The notes beneath the pieces are model-generated. The model was not told the origin of the DNA. It ran no database searches and worked only from the letters and a program-made list of their open reading frames with translations. Made by a program: the position numbers and the translations under genes. DNA of 64,000 nucleotides from Candidatus Iainarchaeum sp. (GTDB taxonomy: Archaea > Iainarchaeota > Iainarchaeia > Iainarchaeales > 0-14-0-20-30-16): assembly GCA_028710695.1 (NCBI GenBank), contig JAQTTP010000003.1:8865-72864 (forward strand). Reading direction: 5' to 3'. Numbering within the stretch: position 1 is the first letter of the stretch; each line of letters begins with the position of its first letter. Shown here piece after piece: positions 36,306 to 46,400 of this stretch.

Positions 36306-36836
36306 ATGATGAATAAAAAAATTGCAGAAGGCTGCTTATCTGTTTGTAAGAAAGAAAAATGCCCAGTTTCTTGTTGTGATGATGTTGGTGTTGAAGAATG
36401 GGTTATGGAATATTTGGCGTTTCATGATAGGGCAAGAGTTTTTTGGGAAAGTAAAGGAATAAAATTTAAGTTTAAAGGGGATAGAGTGGGAGTAACAAAT
36501 TGTTCCACAGGCAAAGAATGTAAATTTCTAAAATATTCGCTAAGCAAGGATTATGATCAAAGACCAATTGATTGTAAAATATATCCTTATTTTGTTGACT
36601 GGGAAGAGATAGACTTTAATAAAAAAAAGATAAATCTATATTTTGCTGATTTTGATTGTCCCCTAACTAAAGAACAGATGCCTCCAGAATTTAAGGACAA
36701 TGTTTCAAGAATAATAAAAAGAGATTTTAGTTTATTATTTTTCGGCGCAGATTTTGAGGTTATTTTTCATGACCAGTGTAAGTATGATATTTATAAAACA
36801 AAAAGAGTAGTGAAAATAGTCCGAGCTAAAAATTAA
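36306..36836 (+). CDS. Cys-rich YkgJ-like (zinc/iron-chelating domain) protein
   Basis: CLSVCKKEKCPVSCCDD cluster plus CKIYPY. Confidence 0.5.
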   Translation: MMNKKIAEGCLSVCKKEKCPVSCCDDVGVEEWVMEYLAFHDRARVFWESKGIKFKFKGDRVGVTNCSTGKECKFLKYSLSKDYDQRPIDCKIYPYFVDWEEIDFNKKKINLYFADFDCPLTKEQMPPEFKDNVSRIIKRDFSLLFFGADFEVIFHDQCKYDIYKTKRVVKIVRAKN

Positions 36837-37849
36837 ATTATTTTGATTTTTTTAAAATTCTCTTTGGATAAAAATAAAGTATAAGAATATGGCGAAATCT
36901 TGCCATACTTTTGCATTATTGCTTTCTTTAGAACATATCTTTTCTTGTACTGAAAATATTTCTTTATGTTGATGTAATGCTTCGCGCTTATAGGGAAAAG
37001 ATCAGCAATGGTTAGGTCTTGGCTGGTAGTGCAAATTGTTTTTAAGTTATTTTTCTTAAGCTCAATATTATTTACTGCTGAAATCCAAATGTTTTCACTT
37101 TCCAAAAGCCCTTGCTCTTTTTGTCTTTTTGTTGTTGTAAATCCTTCCCCTGTTTTTGGATTGTAATAAACGAAACCAAGATTTCTTTTTGCATTCTTTT
37201 TTATGACCTTAAAACAAACCTTTGCATAATGTCTTTCTGTGTATGCCAATAGGGGTTCAATTGATTTGTTATTTTCTCTTGCGAAAGATTCACAGAAGCC
37301 AAGTAGGGCCCTAATTCTCATCTCTTCTGCAAAGCCGTTCAAGTGTATTTTTGCATCATATATCTGGGCAGATTTAGTTGGATATTTTCCGCCAAGGACA
37401 GCAATATCTGTTGCAGTTGTGCACACAATAGAATTTAGTTTGCATGATTTTAGGACATTCTTTAAAGCTAAGGCTGGAGATCCAAAAGGATCTATAATAA
37501 AAAAGTCTTCTGAGCTAATAGGAAAAAGTTCGGCTTTAGAGAGGCAAGTGTTTATTTTTGTGTTGTTAAGCTTTGCATTTCTTTTTGTTTCTTCTAATGC
37601 TACTGGGCTTAAATCATTTGCTGTAACTTCTATGCCTAAGTCTTTTGCTAATGCAATGGAAAGTATTCCTGAGGCGCACATAAGATCTACTACCTTTTTT
37701 GCTTTGAATTTCTGTGCGATTAAAAAAGTAATTAGTCTGTTCTTGTACATTTCTTTGTTTAAGAATACAGGCATTGCTTTTCTAAGCTTCTCGTCTGTAT
37801 TAGTGCCCACCTTAATTTCAGAAATGTACTTCTCAGAATATGACTGCAT
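36833..37849 (-). CDS. trm1: tRNA (guanine26-N2)-dimethyltransferase Trm1
   Basis: PVFLNKEMYKNR, DLMCASGILSIALA, IIDPFGSPA, TTATDIAVLGG and EMRIRALLGF. Confidence 0.8.
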   Translation of the reverse strand: MQSYSEKYISEIKVGTNTDEKLRKAMPVFLNKEMYKNRLITFLIAQKFKAKKVVDLMCASGILSIALAKDLGIEVTANDLSPVALEETKRNAKLNNTKINTCLSKAELFPISSEDFFIIDPFGSPALALKNVLKSCKLNSIVCTTATDIAVLGGKYPTKSAQIYDAKIHLNGFAEEMRIRALLGFCESFARENNKSIEPLLAYTERHYAKVCFKVIKKNAKRNLGFVYYNPKTGEGFTTTKRQKEQGLLESENIWISAVNNIELKKNNLKTICTTSQDLTIADLFPISAKHYINIKKYFQYKKRYVLKKAIMQKYGKISPYSYTLFLSKENFKKIKII

Positions 37850-37872
37850 AACAAATTATTGATGTTCTAAGT

Positions 37873-38307
37873 TTAAAACTTTAACTCTGGGGTTCCTGCA
37901 GGTCTTTTTTTGTTGTATTCTTCTAAAAACTTTTCTTCGTTGTGGTATCTCTTATTAATAACGTGACTGTTCTTGAAATCTTTTATTAGAAGGTAGTATT
38001 CTTTTATTTTTTTGAATTTTGGATCTGATAAATATTTTTTATCTTTTTTCTTGTCAACTGCTTCTAGAAATTCAGAAAGAGTTAGTTTTGTTTTTAGCGA
38101 CCCTGTTCTTTTTTCTATTGCAAAAGGCGCTACTTGCTCACAATAATAATTTGAAACTAAAAAAAGTATTGCTCTTGCTCTGTTTAGATCTTCAAAAGTG
38201 GATTTTTTATTGTTTATTATTTTTGAATATTCTTTCCAATAATTGTCTAAACATTTTTTTATTTTTTTTATATCAAACAAATATGTGTAAGTCATTAAAT
38301 TAATCAT
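37873..38307 (-). CDS. Hypothetical protein
   Basis: 144-aa ORF whose start overlaps the stop of the upstream HAD gene by 4 nt. No recognised motif. Confidence 0.4.
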   Translation of the reverse strand: MINLMTYTYLFDIKKIKKCLDNYWKEYSKIINNKKSTFEDLNRARAILFLVSNYYCEQVAPFAIEKRTGSLKTKLTLSEFLEAVDKKKDKKYLSDPKFKKIKEYYLLIKDFKNSHVINKRYHNEEKFLEEYNKKRPAGTPELKF

Positions 38308-39032
38308 TTTAACCGTCTCCTTGCCCTTTCTGCTAAAATATGTTCTCTGATATTAAAACCAAGGTGATTGTCATATTCTTTTAGAACTTTATCCATTCTT
38401 GAAAATGAATTTAACACCCTCGCATTTCTGTCTGTTAATTCATTATGTTGTCTTTCTGACCTTCTTGGCCTAATACCGATAAAATGCGTTCCAACTTCTG
38501 TTGCCGCAGTATGGTCTAACTTGCTATCTCCAATAAATAAACATTCTCTTGGATTGATGCCTTTTGTTTGGAGCACTTCTTTTAGTGTTTGTGCTTTTTG
38601 TCGTGACATATTGATTTGTGAAAATATTCTTGGGTCTACCCCCATTTTTTCTAATGCCATAATTATTTTTTCTACTGGGCTTCCAGAAATGATAAATAAA
38701 AACATTTTTTCTTTTCCTAAACCTTTTAAAAATTTAATAACTCCTTTTGTTGCTAATTTCCTTGAAAACTTCAAAAATATTGACTCTCTAGCATCTAAAA
38801 AAACAGGTTCAAATTTTTTATAATCTCCATTAGTTGGAACTCTTTTTGCTGCAGCAAAATAATCGTTCATTCTTGGTGGTCTGCCTCTTAGCTCGGCAAA
38901 AACTTTTTTTGCAATTTGTGTTGAATTTCCGCCCCAAATTTTTACAAATTCTTGTGCTTGGGCTTGTACTTCTGCAAGCTCTCGTTCCATAATTGTATCA
39001 TCAAAGTCAAAACCTATGGCTTGTAGAGTCAT
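38304..39032 (-). CDS. HAD-superfamily hydrolase-like protein
   Basis: Motif I IGFDFDDTI, motif II FIISGS, motif IV FIGDSKLDH. Confidence 0.7.
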   Translation of the reverse strand: MTLQAIGFDFDDTIMERELAEVQAQAQEFVKIWGGNSTQIAKKVFAELRGRPPRMNDYFAAAKRVPTNGDYKKFEPVFLDARESIFLKFSRKLATKGVIKFLKGLGKEKMFLFIISGSPVEKIIMALEKMGVDPRIFSQINMSRQKAQTLKEVLQTKGINPRECLFIGDSKLDHTAATEVGTHFIGIRPRRSERQHNELTDRNARVLNSFSRMDKVLKEYDNHLGFNIREHILAERARRRLK

Positions 39033-39041
39033 ATAAATCAC

Positions 39042-39359
39042 TTAAAAACTAATTTCTCCTTTTGTACCATTTACAGTTATTTTTGTGTTATCTTTTATTT
39101 TTTTTGTTGCCTCTTTTGCTCCGACTATGCAAGGAATTCCAAGTTCTCTGCTTATTATTGATGGATGGCTTAAGATTCCCCCTTCGTCAGCAACAATGGC
39201 TGATGCCTTTTTCATAAGTGGTACCATGTCCGGTGTAGTAGTAACACAAACAATAATATCTTTTGGTTTTACTTTAGAATAATCTTTTTCAGAAAGAACT
39301 AATCTTGCAATTCCTTTTGCAATTCCACTGCTTGCCGCAACACCAGTAATAATAGTCAT
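39042..39359 (-). CDS. Stand-alone PEP-utilising-enzyme mobile (phosphohistidine swivel) domain protein
   Basis: 105 aa. GIAASSGIAKG and VTTTPDMVPLMKKASAIVADEGGILSHPSIISRELGIPCIVG. Confidence 0.8.
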   Translation of the reverse strand: MTIITGVAASSGIAKGIARLVLSEKDYSKVKPKDIIVCVTTTPDMVPLMKKASAIVADEGGILSHPSIISRELGIPCIVGAKEATKKIKDNTKITVNGTKGEISF

Positions 39360-39487
39360 AATTATTAAATGGCTACGATAAATAAATAAGTTTTGTGTAA
39401 ATGGTTAGAGTGTTCTTAATATGTTATACAAAAGTTTATAGTGTTTTTTGAACATAGATATTGGTATATTCTTTAAAGGAAGTCATT

Positions 39488-40306
39488 ATGTTAGAAGCAA
39501 TTGGGTTTGATTTTGACGACACAATAACAAAAAGCCAGAATATGAACTGGATTCTATTTGCTAGAGAAATACTAAAAAAATTTGGTGATCGTTTCCCGAA
39601 TCCGCCTCGAAATAAAGTAGAGTTCGAACAACTAGAGCGAGAAGTTGCAAGAAAGATTGTTGAACTAAGACAAAGAATCAAAACTGCAAAAACTATGGAT
39701 GTACTTAAAGAGTATGGCGTTTCTGCAAGCTTAGCTGAAATCCAATCTGTAGTGCATGATTATGGCACGAGCATTGATGAATATTATGCACGGCTAACAT
39801 CTAGTAGCTATGTTAAAGGATTTAAAAAATTTTTAGAACAATTAGTTAGAATAAAAGAATTAAGAGCAAGACAGGGTAAGAGATTAGTATTATTTATTGC
39901 TTCGGGTGCAGATCTTCCTAATTTGGAAGCGGCATTATATAACTTGGGCATTCGAAATCATTTTGATATTGTGCGAGGTAATGAAAAAAATAAAACTGAA
40001 ATAATGAGGGAAGTAATGGTTAGTCACAATATAACTCCAGATAATATGTTATTTTTTGGAGACCAGGCTGTAGATCATGAGGCTGCAAAAGAAACAGGTT
40101 GTAGATATATCGGATTAAAACCAAGAGTTCCGGGCCAAGACCATAGTACGGAAGAATTTAGACGAGTTGAGACAATATTAGAACATTATGACACGGTTGG
40201 TAAAAAAATTAAAAGAATTGACAGGTCATTTGGAACTGAATTAAGAGATGGGGTTCTTGCAAATAGAACATTAAGAAAGAGAAGTAGGCCAAAGTTAATG
40301 GCTTAA
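39488..40306 (+). CDS. HAD-superfamily hydrolase-like protein (paralog of 38304-39032)
   Basis: IGFDFDDTI, FIASGA and FFGDQAVDH. Same overall layout and basic C-terminal tail as its paralog. Confidence 0.7.
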   Translation: MLEAIGFDFDDTITKSQNMNWILFAREILKKFGDRFPNPPRNKVEFEQLEREVARKIVELRQRIKTAKTMDVLKEYGVSASLAEIQSVVHDYGTSIDEYYARLTSSSYVKGFKKFLEQLVRIKELRARQGKRLVLFIASGADLPNLEAALYNLGIRNHFDIVRGNEKNKTEIMREVMVSHNITPDNMLFFGDQAVDHEAAKETGCRYIGLKPRVPGQDHSTEEFRRVETILEHYDTVGKKIKRIDRSFGTELRDGVLANRTLRKRSRPKLMA

Positions 40307-41287
40307 TTCTTTTATTAATTTTTTTCTGTTTTTGAAACACCAATCTGCAAACATAATCGAATTTTCTATTCTTTTTTTGAAATCTTTTTTGTCTTTTCCT
40401 AAAACATAATCCCAATAAAATGCATTTAATGCTTCAGAGATTAAAACATCGGGCAGAATTAATAATTCCTCTTTTGACAATGAAAAAGTTTTATTGTATT
40501 CTTTGATGAACTGTTTTGCAAATGATATATCCAATTGCCCTTTAGTTTTTACTAAAGTCCTTACAAAGAATCTACAAATATCTTTTATTTTTATTTCATT
40601 TCTGCAATGTTCGAAATCTATTATTCCAGAAATTTTGTTTTTGTTAACTAAAATGTTTTCAGAATAAATTTCCCCCTGTATTGGGATCTTTGGCAAGGCA
40701 TCATAAATTTGTTTATTTGGAGAAAACAATAAATAGTCTGTAAGTTCTAATGCTATTTTTGAATGTTTAAAAAATATTTTGTCATAAGTTGTAAGCTTAA
40801 TGTTTTTTGGTTTATTTAATTCTTCTTCTATTTGTAATCTGAATCTACTTAGTGAATATGGTCCAGGCCATTTTTTAATATACTTTATTTTTATTGTTTT
40901 TGTTATTTTGTGGAATTCTGCGATTAGTTTTGCAATATTTTTTATGTTGTGTTTATTTAACTTAAATAAATCGCCCTCAACAAAATTATATGCCCAATAT
41001 TTTTTGTTTTTGTATTCAGTAATGAATTTTTTAGATTTGTTTTTAATTGGATTTGGGATTTTATATTTGAACCCATTTTTTGTTAACTTGTTTAGTAGTT
41101 CAAATTCAAATAGAATATCTTGTTCTGATTCGTCGTCTCTGATCTCACGTAGAACTAATTTTGATTTATTTATTTTAATTATCCAATTTTTGTGTGAAAT
41201 CCCAGTTTTTGGTTTTTTTACCTTAAAGTCAGAAATGATTTTATAATTAGCAAGTATGTTTTTTAGATCTGCATTAGACAAAGACAT
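40295..41287 (-). CDS. Aminoglycoside/choline/homoserine-kinase-type phosphotransferase (APH fold)
   Basis: Brenner-like region ISGIIDFEHCRNE and an upstream QGEIYSENILV. 330 aa. Confidence 0.7.
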   Translation of the reverse strand: MSLSNADLKNILANYKIISDFKVKKPKTGISHKNWIIKINKSKLVLREIRDDESEQDILFEFELLNKLTKNGFKYKIPNPIKNKSKKFITEYKNKKYWAYNFVEGDLFKLNKHNIKNIAKLIAEFHKITKTIKIKYIKKWPGPYSLSRFRLQIEEELNKPKNIKLTTYDKIFFKHSKIALELTDYLLFSPNKQIYDALPKIPIQGEIYSENILVNKNKISGIIDFEHCRNEIKIKDICRFFVRTLVKTKGQLDISFAKQFIKEYNKTFSLSKEELLILPDVLISEALNAFYWDYVLGKDKKDFKKRIENSIMFADWCFKNRKKLIKELSH

Positions 41288-41338
41288 AATAGATATTATT
41301 CTTGGAAAGTATAAAATCTTATCCCTAAAAGTAAGAAA

Positions 41339-41412
41339 TGGTCGAGGCAGGATTTGAACCTGCGACCTTTGGCGTATAAGACCACTGCTCTACCAAGCTG
41401 AGCTACACGACC
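41339..41412 (-). tRNA. tRNA-Ile (anticodon UAU)
   Basis: Reverse complement reads GGTCGTG-TA-GCTC-AGCTTGGTA-GAGC-A-GTGGT-CTTATAC-GCCAA-AGGTC-GCAGG-TTCAAAT-CCTGC-CTCGACC-A. One U-U mismatch in the acceptor and one G-A at the base of the anticodon stem. Confidence 0.75.
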
Positions 41413-41526
41413 ACATAAAATATATATCTTTGATATGGGAAAAGTTTAAAAAGATACTTAATAGGAAGTGGTGTTTTGCCTCTTTAAACAGATATATTCT
41501 TATATCTATTGGATATAACTTTATAT

Positions 41527-41817
41527 ATGGTTACTTTAGCTAAGAGCTATGACTTCACAGAATATTCGGTAAGGCATTCTCCAACCCTTAATACAGTTCT
41601 AATGGTGGAAGAGTTTATCCGAGAATCTAAGCAAGCAGTTGGAATAGCAAAAATAAAAAAAAGCTTGCCAAAAAGGATAATGCATTCTACCCTTATGCAA
41701 ATATTGGAATACCTAGAGCAAAGTGGGAAAGTTCTATTTACTTCTAAAGGAATAGTTTGGATTTTTACTGAAAGGAAAGAACTTGAAAGATTGAAAAATA
41801 AGGGTTTGGAGTTATGA
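41527..41817 (+). CDS. Small winged-helix-like protein
   Basis: IMHSTLMQILEYLEQSGKVLFTSKGIVW resembles a wHTH recognition helix plus wing. Lies directly upstream of the surface-protein cluster. Confidence 0.4.
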   Translation: MVTLAKSYDFTEYSVRHSPTLNTVLMVEEFIRESKQAVGIAKIKKSLPKRIMHSTLMQILEYLEQSGKVLFTSKGIVWIFTERKELERLKNKGLEL

Positions 41818-41941
41818 CTAGAAGTAGAAGTTATCTGTTTTGTGTTAGACATAATTCCACATGATGAATATAACAAAATTTTTGGATATAGAAAGAATTG
41901 ATTGCCCTAATGTTTATAAATTCTAGTTCTGTATCTTTATA

Positions 41942-43366
41942 ATGCTAAACTTTGATCTGCAGGGGAAAAAAGGGTTTACTCTTTTTACTGCTCTTGTGGG
42001 TTTTATAGTAATTGGAATTACTGTACTTGTTCTTCAGCATCTTGATAATAGCGAATCAAACTATAATCAAATTTTTATTACAATGCAGGCACAAACTGAG
42101 ATCAACACCTTGAAAGATATTTTGCGTTTAGACAGCTATAGTTATGTGAGCCTGCTTCTTGTGGAAAGAATTGCGGCTTATTTTAATGGCCAAACATTTG
42201 TTTTATCCCAAAAACCATGGGGGGATCAAACTAATACTTTTGAAAAGGAATACTTCTTGGGAACCAGTACTTCAACCCCCGTGACGAACTTTTTAGTTAA
42301 TGCTTATGCTACTCAAATGGAGAACTTTTCTGGGGATTACAAAACAAAATATAAATTCTTAATTTATGACCCAACTCAGCTTCAAATACCAAACTCTGGA
42401 ATTGACTTGTTTGGGCCCAATTTTAAACCAAATACTGCTTTAGGAAAAACATCACAAGTTTTATCAAATTCTGTAAAAAATTATGCTGCCCAGCAAACAA
42501 CCCAACTAAAGTTATTGGATGTTGTTGGTTGTGATGATTTTGGAACTGAATTATATGCTGGAGAATGTGAAAATGGGACTTTTTACATACCATTAGATCT
42601 ATCTAAACTTAATGATCCTCAAGAGTACGAAAATATTTTGAGAATTCTGATATATAGGTACTTAGATAAAGCAAGTCTAGATGATGCTATTTTGCCAAAG
42701 AACAAGATTAAGCTTTATGTTCCTATTAGATTGTTTGGTGCAATGTCAAAATTTATGGAAACAATAGATAGTTTTAATACAAATGCTTATGAACAAGCCG
42801 GGCTCAAAGATTTGTCCTTTGGATCTTGTGAGCCAAGCTGTTGGCCAAGTTCTATCGACGTTAAAATGGCTTGTTACCAAACTGGCTTAGATGAACAAAC
42901 TTGTACCGAAGATACTACTGTTGATGGCCTGGATTTTGTTAATGCCTTACCTCCGCATTTTGTACAATTGGATTTAGAGAATACTACAAAATTATTTTGT
43001 GATGATTACCTCAAAAAAGAGTTTGAAGATTTTGCTATTGAAACTCCTGGCCTAGAATTTGGAGATTGTGAAGTAAAGTTAAATATGGGCGACACAGAAT
43101 TCTATAAAGCTGCAAACTATAATACTGGGCAGCCACTTTTTACTGCCCCCTGTAATTATCTTGATTCTGTTGAAATTCAATTCTCAATAGTGGATATAAA
43201 TCCTCTATTCATGTTTGATACTCCGATAACCTATGTTTTTGATATCGTTTTAGATAATAGAGGTTACACAAGTACTCTTGGCTTGCCGAAAAGTGTTACT
43301 TGTTCATATACTCAGAGCTCTGGTGTAATGCTTACTTTAGATAGTGAACAAGTCGATTACCAATAA
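41942..43366 (+). CDS. Cys-rich secreted protein with class III (type IV prepilin-like) signal peptide
   Basis: The N-terminus MLNFDLQGKKG-FTLFTALVGFIVIGITVLVL has a charged leader, a Gly, then a hydrophobic helix. The mature part has 10 Cys. Confidence 0.55.
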   Translation: MLNFDLQGKKGFTLFTALVGFIVIGITVLVLQHLDNSESNYNQIFITMQAQTEINTLKDILRLDSYSYVSLLLVERIAAYFNGQTFVLSQKPWGDQTNTFEKEYFLGTSTSTPVTNFLVNAYATQMENFSGDYKTKYKFLIYDPTQLQIPNSGIDLFGPNFKPNTALGKTSQVLSNSVKNYAAQQTTQLKLLDVVGCDDFGTELYAGECENGTFYIPLDLSKLNDPQEYENILRILIYRYLDKASLDDAILPKNKIKLYVPIRLFGAMSKFMETIDSFNTNAYEQAGLKDLSFGSCEPSCWPSSIDVKMACYQTGLDEQTCTEDTTVDGLDFVNALPPHFVQLDLENTTKLFCDDYLKKEFEDFAIETPGLEFGDCEVKLNMGDTEFYKAANYNTGQPLFTAPCNYLDSVEIQFSIVDINPLFMFDTPITYVFDIVLDNRGYTSTLGLPKSVTCSYTQSSGVMLTLDSEQVDYQ

Positions 43367-43481
43367 CTCTTAAAAAATAGGGCAAATTTTGGCTAAACAA
43401 TTGTATATGTTTTTAAAGTTAATATATATAAATATTTATGTAGTCTATTTAACAACGACTTGAAATATATGTGTGATGTCT

Positions 43482-46400
43482 ATGGGTCTGAAAGATTTCT
43501 ATTTTGGTTTAGAAGAAAAATACTACAATTTCTTAGATTGGTTGGATTCAAAAGGAATCCCTTTGTACAAAGTTGATGACTGGCTTCATAATAAAGGAAT
43601 TGCCGGCTTCCCTGTTTTTATGATATTTTGTTTGATAATCCTTGCTTTAATTGTTTGGGGTATACTTGCCTTGACAATTGGCTTCGGACCTGATCAAGCA
43701 ACAGTTTACCTAACCTTTAAGGATACTACAAGAAATATGCTTGTTGAAGGGTTAGAAGTAAAAGTATTGCTTGATAGCGAGACAACCTTTACAACAGATA
43801 AGAGTGGAAAACTTTCATTTGTTGCTAATGTGGGTAGTGTAATACCTTTGGCAATATCAGACCCAAATTACAAGTTGTTAGAAGAAACAGTAAGTATTGA
43901 AGAAAATGGACAGAGTTCTATAATTGAGTTAGAATACAAAGGCGGACTACTATCAAAAACTATTTTCTTTTATGATGGAAAGGATGAGACTGGACAGACA
44001 CTATTTAGCGGAAACGTTGATGCAATAGTTACTTGTACTGATAATAGCAGTTATATGTCTGAAGTAAGCACTTCAGAAGGAAAAGCAACATTGAGTGATA
44101 TTTCAATAGATTGTGGAGAATTAGTAGTTACATTATCCTCTCCTGCATATGCTTCAGAGACATTCTCTTTAGATGAGGCAACACCATCAATGACTGTTGA
44201 AGAAGAAGATGGCGGATTTGGAAATATTAGTATAACAGTTTTAGATGCGGACGGAAGCCCGAAAGCAAATGCTTCAGTTCAGGCAATGAATTCTGAATAT
44301 AATTTAAAGGCAGCACAAGGAATTACTCAAGCTTCTGGTGTTGTTGCTTTAGAAGTTCCTTCAGATGCAACTTATTATTTGGTTGTTAGTGATTTAGAAG
44401 GAATTTATGCTACAGAGTATACAAATTCACCAATATTTTCAGAGAATAGTTTTTCTCAGAGTGTTGGAAAGAATGAAACTATTAGCGCAATAATTAAATT
44501 AAACAAGAAAACTGTTGGATCAATAAAATTGACAATAAAAGACACTTTAGGAAATTTGGTTCCACAAGCAGTAATTAAGGTTTACAAAAATGGAAGTAAT
44601 ATTGAAGAAGTAACTGGACAACTTTCAGAGCCAGGGACTTTCCAGTTTTATGCTGGAGAAAATGTTCCATATAGATTTGTAATAGATGCAGAAAACTTCA
44701 TGCTTGAAGAGGTAGATAACTTGTCTGCTTCAGAAAGTGCATACACCGTAACTTTGAAACCAATAAAACAGAGTCCGGAACTAGTTGTGTTAGTAAATGG
44801 AACAGACAATGAGCCAGTTTACAATGCTTCAGTTCAGTTATTCACTGTTGACAAGCAAGCTTTGTTGCTAACAAAAACAACAGATGTTGCTGGCGGAGTG
44901 AGTTTTAATAACTTGAGCGCAGGAAAAAGCTACTATGTAAAAGTAGTAAAAGGAAACTTTTCAGCAGACTCATCACCAATAACTTTGAGTGGAAAAGTAA
45001 ATAATATTTTGACAGTAAAATTGAACATCGGAAACGGAGACTTGACAATAAAGGCAGTAAATAAGGATAATTTGCCAGTTCAAGGCGCAGAGGTAACAAT
45101 TTATGATATTGCCACCGATGCTAAACTAAACCAAGCTCCTTTGTTTACTGATGAAACAGGAAGCGTATACTATACCTTGAGAGCTGATAGAGTAGTATAT
45201 GTAAAAATTGTAAAAGATAGTTCAGTATTCTATAGTTTGCCAATACAGGCAGATGTAGATGCTGCAAAAGAAGTAATGGGATATGTTTATGATAAGCCAG
45301 CAAATTTAGGAATGGATTTAATATCTATTTACGACTTACAGGGAAGTAAGATAGAATCAAGCCCTAAACCAATAGTTCAGGGAACTGATTATATTGGGTA
45401 TTTCTTGTTAAGAGTTCCTGAAGGATTGGCATATGACGAATTAGGAATTTTCTTTAAAGCAGACGATGCGTTGATTTTAGAAAAATCACAGATGTACATA
45501 AAATCATTAGAGTTCTTCAATGCATCAGTAAAGATGGGAACTACTTATAGTCCACCAACTGGATTTGCAGATGATATGCAGAACTTAACTTCAAAAGAAG
45601 GGTTGTGGGCAATGGCATCAACAACAAAAGTACTGCCAGGAAATTATTTAGTTAAAGTTGTTTTTAACACAACAAGTGCAGAAAAAAGTTTGTTGTCTTT
45701 GAATTATAGAAGTTGGTTAAAGAACGGATCAACTTATACAAGAGAACCATTTGATTCCGAATTAGGAACTTCCTCAGGCGGAGACAAAGATGGATTATAC
45801 GCAAAGCTAAATCAAACTTTGTTTAAGATGGGAAATGCAGTTTGTTCTGGAACAATATGTTCTGAAGTTGTTGTTTCAGGAGAAGGCGCAAAACAAAAAG
45901 TTGTTGATAATGTATTTGCAAAGTTGAATGGAATATATAATATAGATATAATAATGAAAAGTATTTCAGTAAAGGAATACAACAACGTTACTTTGAATAT
46001 AGAAAGTGTTAACAAAGGAATTGACTTTAAAGTAAAAAGCTTTACAATTGGTGGAAAGAGTGTAAGCCCACAGAATAAGGGAACATCAGTTTCTACTGGC
46101 GGAGTTACAATTAATTCATCTTTCAATGCTTCAACAACTTTAGAGTTTATGGCAATGAAAGAAGGACAGAATATTGTAAAAATATCTCTAGTTGGAGCAG
46201 ATGGAACTGTAATATATGAGAGAACATTAACTGTTGATGTTCAACCATCACAGGAATTATTATTAGATATAGTTCCAAGCACAATTGTTCCATATGTTCA
46301 AAACAGTTTGAGTGTTAAAGCAGTAAGTGTTGATGTAAACGAGCCAATAGTTGGTGCTTTAGCTAATTTATTTATTGAGGGCAAATTGATAAGTTCAGTA

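Noticed and set aside
41858-41910. ATGATGA in the intergenic region upstream of the pilin-like gene, considered as a second C/D box sRNA.
   Set aside because: There is no CTGA D or D' box at the required 12-nt spacing and no terminal stem.
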